Source: Thermoproteota archaeon (GTDB taxonomy: Archaea; Thermoproteota; Methanomethylicia; Methanomethylicales; Methanomethylicaceae). Taken from it: a stretch of 64,000 nt of DNA. Positions 58,638 through 64,000 of the stretch are shown here, one piece after another. The position numbers and the translations under genes were made by a program. The DNA is taken from positions 129,386-193,385 of the forward strand of contig JARXPE010000001.1 in the NCBI GenBank assembly GCA_029887795.1, read 5' to 3'. Within the stretch, counting starts at the first letter, position 1. Each line of letters opens with the position of its first letter. The notes beneath the pieces were generated by a model. It was given only the letters and a program-made list of their open reading frames with translations. It ran no database searches and had not been told where the DNA came from.

Positions 58638-59620
58638 ATAGTGACAAAGGCGATTTCATGGGCGGTGTTGGTGAGGAGGTAGACTTAGAGGACTTGGATG
58701 GGATAGGGTCTTCAACCGCAGAGAAGCTGAGGAGGGCAGGAATTAATTCTGTGAAGGAGCTCGCCGCCATATCGGTCAGGGAACTTTTAGAGAGGAGTGA
58801 GCTGGGAGAAGGGAAGGCCGAAGAGGCGACGAAGAATGCCAGAGATTTGGTACTTCCCAAGGTCGTAAGCGCGAGGGAATTTTTGGAGAGGAGAAAGAAC
58901 ATGCAAAGGTTGACGACCGGTTCGAAGAACATAGATAGGCTGCTTGAGGGAGGGCTAGAGCCTGGCATAACCGAGCTCATCGGTGCGTATGGGACTGGTA
59001 AGACACAACTTTGTCTCCAGCTCTGCGTCACAGCGCAACTCACGGCTAACAGTGGGGGACTAAATGGTTCAGCATTCTACATTGATACTGAGGACACTTT
59101 CAAGCCTGAACGTCTTCTGCAGATAGTAAAGAGGTTTGGTGTTGAGGACGACCGGCTGCTGGACGGAGTTTACTGTTTTAGGGCTATAAACTCCGACCAC
59201 CAGTTTGAGGGACTCAGGGAGGCGGTCCGTTATATTAAAGAAAAGTCTGTGAAACTGCTGATAGTGGACTCGCTCACCTCCCACTTCAGGAGCGAATACC
59301 CGGGCAGGGAGAACCTAGTTTTAAGGCAGCAGAGGCTAAACAGCTTTATGCATGCGCTTCAGAGACTAGTCTCTATTTATGATGTCATAGTGGTAGTTAC
59401 TAATCAAGTGTTGGATGTTCCAGAGATCATACCTGGGGCGAGACCTGCCAGACCTGTCGGAGGTAACATAGTTGCGCACGGCAGTACATTCAGACTGTGG
59501 CTTGAAAGGGCGAAGGGCATGACGAGAGTGACCTGCATAGACTCGCCAAAGCACGCGAGGGGGACGACCTACGTTGTTCTAACGGAGGGAGGGGTCGAGG
59601 ACGCTGAAGGAGAGGAGTGA
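58634..59620 (+). CDS. radA: RadA/Rad51-family recombinase, divergent full-length copy
   Basis: N-terminal HhH (LEDLDGIG..TAEKL), GAYGTGKTQ, IDTE.TF.PER, VDSLTSHFRSEYPGRENL, TNQV, GGNIVAH. Confidence 0.88.
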   Translation: MNSDKGDFMGGVGEEVDLEDLDGIGSSTAEKLRRAGINSVKELAAISVRELLERSELGEGKAEEATKNARDLVLPKVVSAREFLERRKNMQRLTTGSKNIDRLLEGGLEPGITELIGAYGTGKTQLCLQLCVTAQLTANSGGLNGSAFYIDTEDTFKPERLLQIVKRFGVEDDRLLDGVYCFRAINSDHQFEGLREAVRYIKEKSVKLLIVDSLTSHFRSEYPGRENLVLRQQRLNSFMHALQRLVSIYDVIVVVTNQVLDVPEIIPGARPARPVGGNIVAHGSTFRLWLERAKGMTRVTCIDSPKHARGTTYVVLTEGGVEDAEGEE

Positions 59621-59622
59621 GG

Positions 59623-62010
59623 TTATGGCGATTCTAGCCGCCACTCGTCCTCTTTCCGTGTCCTGAGGACCTCTTCAAGAATCACTCTTCGCTCAACCCC
59701 TGCTACAATCTTCCGGGTCCACACTACAACATCCGGGTTAACGCTTAGGCTGTCTATACCCTGTCTGACCAAGAACTCTGTGAGCTCCGGGTATACGCTG
59801 GGACCCTGCCCGCATATGCTGACGGTCACCCCGTTCTTGTGGGCGACTTTTATCAGGTGAGATATCGCCCTGAGGACCGCAGGATCCCTTTCGTCGAAGT
59901 ACCGCGAGTCCTGTGCTGGCAATATCGGGGAGTCTCTGTCCACGCCCAAGATGAGTTGTGTAAGGTCATTGCTCCCGACGCTGAAACCGTCGCAGAGCTT
60001 GGAGAACTCGTCTGCCATGAATATTATTGAAGGTATCTCTGCCATCAGCCAGACCTTGAAGTCCCTGCTCCTCTCAAGTCCCTCCTCCTTCATGATGGAG
60101 AGGCACCTCTCTACCTCCCAAGTGGTCCTGACGAAGGGCAACATGACATAAACATTCTTCAGCCCCCACTCGTCCCTGACACGTTTAATCGCCTTGCACT
60201 CGAGCCTGAAGCCAGGTTCGTACATGGGCGAGATGTATCTACTTACGCCGCGCCAGCCTATCATCGGGTTGTGCTCTTCGGGTTCGTATCTGTCGCCACC
60301 CTTGAGTTGCCGGTACTCATTAGTCTTGAAGTCGCTGAACCTCACGACGACAGGTCTTGGATAAATGTTTCGGGCTACCCATGCGATTCCGCTGGCTAGC
60401 TTATCTATGAAACGCTCCTCCTCGTGCTTCTCGATGAGGTAGAGCGGGTGCTCGCCTATAATGTCGGCAATTATGAACTCGATACGCATTAGACCTATGC
60501 CGTCGAACGGGAGATCCTTGTACTTGTCTATCATCGCAGGTTCTCCCAAGTTCATGTATATCTTTGTCCCTGTTGGTGGGTAAATCCCTGTCATATTGAT
60601 TGCGACGGGAGCAGCCTCTTTCTTCTCCTCCGCCGCCAGTAGATCCCCGTCATAAACTATGCCGTGGGTGGCGTCGACTGTTATAACTTGTCCCGTCTTT
60701 ATCACGGATGTAGCGTTCACGGTGCCGACTATGCAAGGAATGCCCAGCTCGCGGCTTACGATTGCGGCGTGGCAAGTTATGCCGCCGCTGTTGGTAACGA
60801 TTGCCCTTGCCTTCCTCATGGCAGGAGCCCAGTCAGGGGAAGTCATGTGGGTGACCAAGATCTCGCCAGTTTGGAACTGCCCGATATCCTTAACATCCAC
60901 AATAACCCTGGCTTTTCCCGAAACTATGCCGGGTGCAGCAGGGAGACCACGAAGGAGGCGCTTCTTCTCCCCTTTAATAGACGGGCCCTCCTCCTTAGCC
61001 TTCTCTTTCTGAGACCAGACCGTCTCTGGTCTAGCTTGAACGATGTAGAGACGGTTGTCATCCTCATCAAGTGCCCACTCTATGTCCATGGGTATGCCGT
61101 AGTGTTTCTCGATTTCAATTGCATACCTTGCTAGCATGATCACCTGATCCCTAGTTATGCAGGGCGACTCCCGCATGTTCTCAGGAACTGGGATCTCCTT
61201 GATGAATCCGCCCCCTCCCTCGGCTGGCGATCTCACAGACATCCGTGATTTTTGTGAGATCGATTCTTTCAGTATGGTAAGGTTCTTTTTGTCGACTGTG
61301 AATTGATCAGGTCTAACTCTGCCTTGCACGATGGTCTCTCCGACGCCGAATGTCCCTTCAATGACTATGATGTCCTTGTTTCCAGTGGCAGGATCCAAGG
61401 TGAATATGACGCCAGCGGCCTTGCTATTCACCATCTTCTGTACGCCCACACTCAGGTAGACCCTACTGTCTTCAAACCCCTTGGCCTTACGGTATGCTAT
61501 GGCCCTAGGGGTGTATAGGGAAGAGAAGCATTTCTTTACATATTTCAGCAGGGCAGACTCCCCCTCTACGAAGAGGAAGGTGTCTTGCTGACCTGCAAAG
61601 CTTGCGTTTGGAAGGTCTTCTGCAGTGGCACTGCTCCTGACGGCAACAGCTGGGTTCTTCTTCCCGAGTTTCTCCCCGAGCACCTTGTAAGCGCCAATTA
61701 TGTCCGATTTCAGCACTTCGGGGATCTCCGCGGACTCGATCATCTCCCTAATTTTGGATGACGTGGACTCCAATGATGCGCTGTCAAGAACGTCGACCTT
61801 GGAAAGGAGGTCGAAGATCTTTTGAGCCAGTTTGTTCTCGTCGATGTGCAACTTGTAAGCTTCGGCGGTTATGGCAAAGCCGGGGGGCACAGGTATACCA
61901 ATGGAGATCAGCTCCCCAAGATTCGCGTTCTTGCCACCCACAATACCAACATCAGTTTTCCTGAGAGACTCAAACGGAATGACGTATTTTGATGATGTCA
62001 TTTGCAACAC
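59623..62010 (-). CDS. ppsA: Phosphoenolpyruvate synthase
   Basis: GGKNANLGE, RSSATAEDL, SFAGQQ, QARPETV, TCHAAIVSRE, GSNDLTQL, CGQ. Confidence 0.96.
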   Translation of the reverse strand: MLQMTSSKYVIPFESLRKTDVGIVGGKNANLGELISIGIPVPPGFAITAEAYKLHIDENKLAQKIFDLLSKVDVLDSASLESTSSKIREMIESAEIPEVLKSDIIGAYKVLGEKLGKKNPAVAVRSSATAEDLPNASFAGQQDTFLFVEGESALLKYVKKCFSSLYTPRAIAYRKAKGFEDSRVYLSVGVQKMVNSKAAGVIFTLDPATGNKDIIVIEGTFGVGETIVQGRVRPDQFTVDKKNLTILKESISQKSRMSVRSPAEGGGGFIKEIPVPENMRESPCITRDQVIMLARYAIEIEKHYGIPMDIEWALDEDDNRLYIVQARPETVWSQKEKAKEEGPSIKGEKKRLLRGLPAAPGIVSGKARVIVDVKDIGQFQTGEILVTHMTSPDWAPAMRKARAIVTNSGGITCHAAIVSRELGIPCIVGTVNATSVIKTGQVITVDATHGIVYDGDLLAAEEKKEAAPVAINMTGIYPPTGTKIYMNLGEPAMIDKYKDLPFDGIGLMRIEFIIADIIGEHPLYLIEKHEEERFIDKLASGIAWVARNIYPRPVVVRFSDFKTNEYRQLKGGDRYEPEEHNPMIGWRGVSRYISPMYEPGFRLECKAIKRVRDEWGLKNVYVMLPFVRTTWEVERCLSIMKEEGLERSRDFKVWLMAEIPSIIFMADEFSKLCDGFSVGSNDLTQLILGVDRDSPILPAQDSRYFDERDPAVLRAISHLIKVAHKNGVTVSICGQGPSVYPELTEFLVRQGIDSLSVNPDVVVWTRKIVAGVERRVILEEVLRTRKEDEWRLESP

Positions 62011-62206
62011 CAGACAATGTAGGAATGCTTTTAATGTTATAAAATAATTTTGGTTTATCCATAATGATTTATAATTTTATAATTCAGCGATCGGAAATGT
62101 TTGCTTTTGCGAATTACGTGGATGATACCTTTGCGGGAATAGGTATTACCATAAATTTATGTTGAAAAAAGAGGTACATTTGCAACATCGGAGTTTGGAA
62201 TTGCTG

Positions 62207-62482
62207 CTATCTGAGTATGACAAAATCTCTGTAATCCCCCTTTGGTGCCTCCCATATTATTTTAAGATTGTCAACAGATGCACCCGGAGGACCTATTCTT
62301 ACCTCTTCTATGAGCTTCATTATGCTCTGTTTTTCGCCCTCCGCAGTGATCTCGACGCTGCCATTGTTCAGGTTTTGGACGTATCCAACTAGACCCAATT
62401 TCTTGGCTATTCTCAGGGTGAAGTACCTAAAGCCCACTCCTTGAACTATTCCGTAGATCGTTATTCTAGCACGGGCGAGCAA
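62207..62482 (-). CDS. acyP: Acylphosphatase
   Basis: GIVQGVGFR, GYVQN, GPP. Confidence 0.93.
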   Translation of the reverse strand: MLARARITIYGIVQGVGFRYFTLRIAKKLGLVGYVQNLNNGSVEITAEGEKQSIMKLIEEVRIGPPGASVDNLKIIWEAPKGDYRDFVILR

Positions 62483-62673
62483 GAGGATTTACCCCAACGG
62501 GATATATTTTATAAATCAGATATATAAAAAAGTTAAGAAAAAACGTGATAGTTATTGAATAGAGAATAAAACCATACGAATTGAAGGAATTCATCTTCAG
62601 CACTTAAAAAAGATCAATGATTATGGTTAAGGAAAAATTCTTTTGATCATAAAAAAGGAGAAGTAGAAAAAGG

Positions 62674-64000
62674 TTAGGCGGGTATGTTTCCATGGCGCTT
62701 CGGGGGTCTTGGCTGAATCTCGCGTTTGGTCATCAGAGCTTCGAGTGCCTTGATTAGCATCGGGCGGGTCTCCTTTGGTATTATAACGGCATCGACGTAT
62801 CCCATATTGGCGGCAATGTATGGGTTGGCAAATTTGTTCCTGTATTCAGCAACTAGTCTGTTTGTTATCTCCTTGACCTCCTCCGGCGTCTTTGCCTTCA
62901 TTAGCTCGTTCCTGTGTATGATCTCGACAGCACCCTCTGGACCCATGACTGCGATCTCTGCGGTCGGCCATGCGAAGACTACGTCGGCGCCAAGGTGCCT
63001 GCTGCACATAGCGATGTAGCCACCACCATACGCCTTCCTCATGATTACGGTAAGCTTTGGAACGGTAGCCTCTGAGTACGCATAGATGACCTTTGCGCCG
63101 TGCCTGATGACTCCTCCGTGCTCCTGCTTTGTGCCAGGCAGGTATCCTGGAACATCGACAAATGTCACGAGAGGTATGTTGAAGGCGTCGCAGGTCCTAA
63201 CGAACCTCGCTATCTTGTCGGAAGAGTCTATGTCGAGGCATCCAGCGTAAACCAAGGGCTGGTTCGCCACTACCCCGACGGATCTGCCGTTTAGTCTTGC
63301 AAAACCTACGACGGCATTTGGAGCGAACTGGGCGTGAACCTCAAAGAATGACCCCTTGTCGAAGACGTGATTGATTACATCGTGAACATCGTATGGTTTC
63401 TTTGGATCTGCAGGGACGACCTCGTTTAGCTCCTCATCCATCCTGTCCGGAGGATCTGCGCACTCCAAGATCGGGGGGTCATCCATGTTGTTTGAGGGGA
63501 GATAGGTAAGGAGTTGCTTTATCAGTTTTATGCACTCTTCGTCGTTGTCAGCAGCAAAGTGAGCGACTCCGCTGAGTTTCGCGTGTGCGTCTGCGCCACC
63601 CAGTGTCTCGAATGTCACGTCCTCACCTATAGCTGCCTTAACGACCTTGGGACCAGTTATGAACATGTAGCTCGTCTTTCTGACCATAAATATGAAGTCA
63701 GCCAGTGCTGGAGAGTAGACCGCGCCTCCTGCGCAGGGACCCATGATGGCTATGATTTGAGGTATGACTCCAGACGCCATGACGTTCCTGTAAAAGATCT
63801 CGCCGTAGCCCGCCAACGAATTTATGCCCTCTTGTATCCTTGCACCTCCGGAGTCATTGAGCCCTATAAGAGGGGCACCGGCTTTCAGTGCCATATCTTG
63901 GATCTTTGAGATCTTCTTTGCATGCATCTCGCTCAGCGAGCCACCTACGAATGTGAAGTCTTGCGAGTATACGAATACGGTCCTGCCGTTTATCGTACCG
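62674..64000 (-). CDS. Acyl-CoA carboxylase/decarboxylase carboxyltransferase subunit (PccB/MmdA-like), 5' end outside the window
   Basis: [46 protein letters not shown]. Confidence 0.92.
   Translation of the reverse strand, partial: GTINGRTVFVYSQDFTFVGGSLSEMHAKKISKIQDMALKAGAPLIGLNDSGGARIQEGINSLAGYGEIFYRNVMASGVIPQIIAIMGPCAGGAVYSPALADFIFMVRKTSYMFITGPKVVKAAIGEDVTFETLGGADAHAKLSGVAHFAADNDEECIKLIKQLLTYLPSNNMDDPPILECADPPDRMDEELNEVVPADPKKPYDVHDVINHVFDKGSFFEVHAQFAPNAVVGFARLNGRSVGVVANQPLVYAGCLDIDSSDKIARFVRTCDAFNIPLVTFVDVPGYLPGTKQEHGGVIRHGAKVIYAYSEATVPKLTVIMRKAYGGGYIAMCSRHLGADVVFAWPTAEIAVMGPEGAVEIIHRNELMKAKTPEEVKEITNRLVAEYRNKFANPYIAANMGYVDAVIIPKETRPMLIKALEALMTKREIQPRPPKRHGNIPA

Overview
Gene-dense archaeal chromosomal window. 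S25e, thermosome, Rpo6, Topo VI, tetraether synthase and an MtrH-like methyltransferase point to a TACK-type archaeon, possibly Methanomethylicia/Verstraetearchaeota (inference). I see no CRISPR array, transposase or integrase. Content: (i) nucleotide catabolism, with a prs-R15P isomerase-form III RuBisCO-AMP phosphorylase cluster and a reductive pyrimidine cluster (preT-preA-hydA) followed by a YgeW-like carbamoyltransferase instead of a ureidopropionase, with carbamate kinase nearby; (ii) cofactor modules (UbiX + LpdD-like, LarB/LarC, LipS1/LipS2 + LplAB); (iii) a corrinoid protein + core methionine synthase + MtrH operon; (iv) a four-gene operon with a membrane protein, a Walker-degenerate VirB4/HerA-like protein, a small protein and a divergent RadA; (v) tRNA-Cys and an unassigned ~257-nt structured RNA-like element. 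Best candidates for undescribed biology: ATP-conserving phosphorolytic pyrimidine degradation, the orphan structured RNA, the pseudo-ATPase/RadA operon and the three-part methionine synthase. All calls come from motif recognition by eye; no database search was run.
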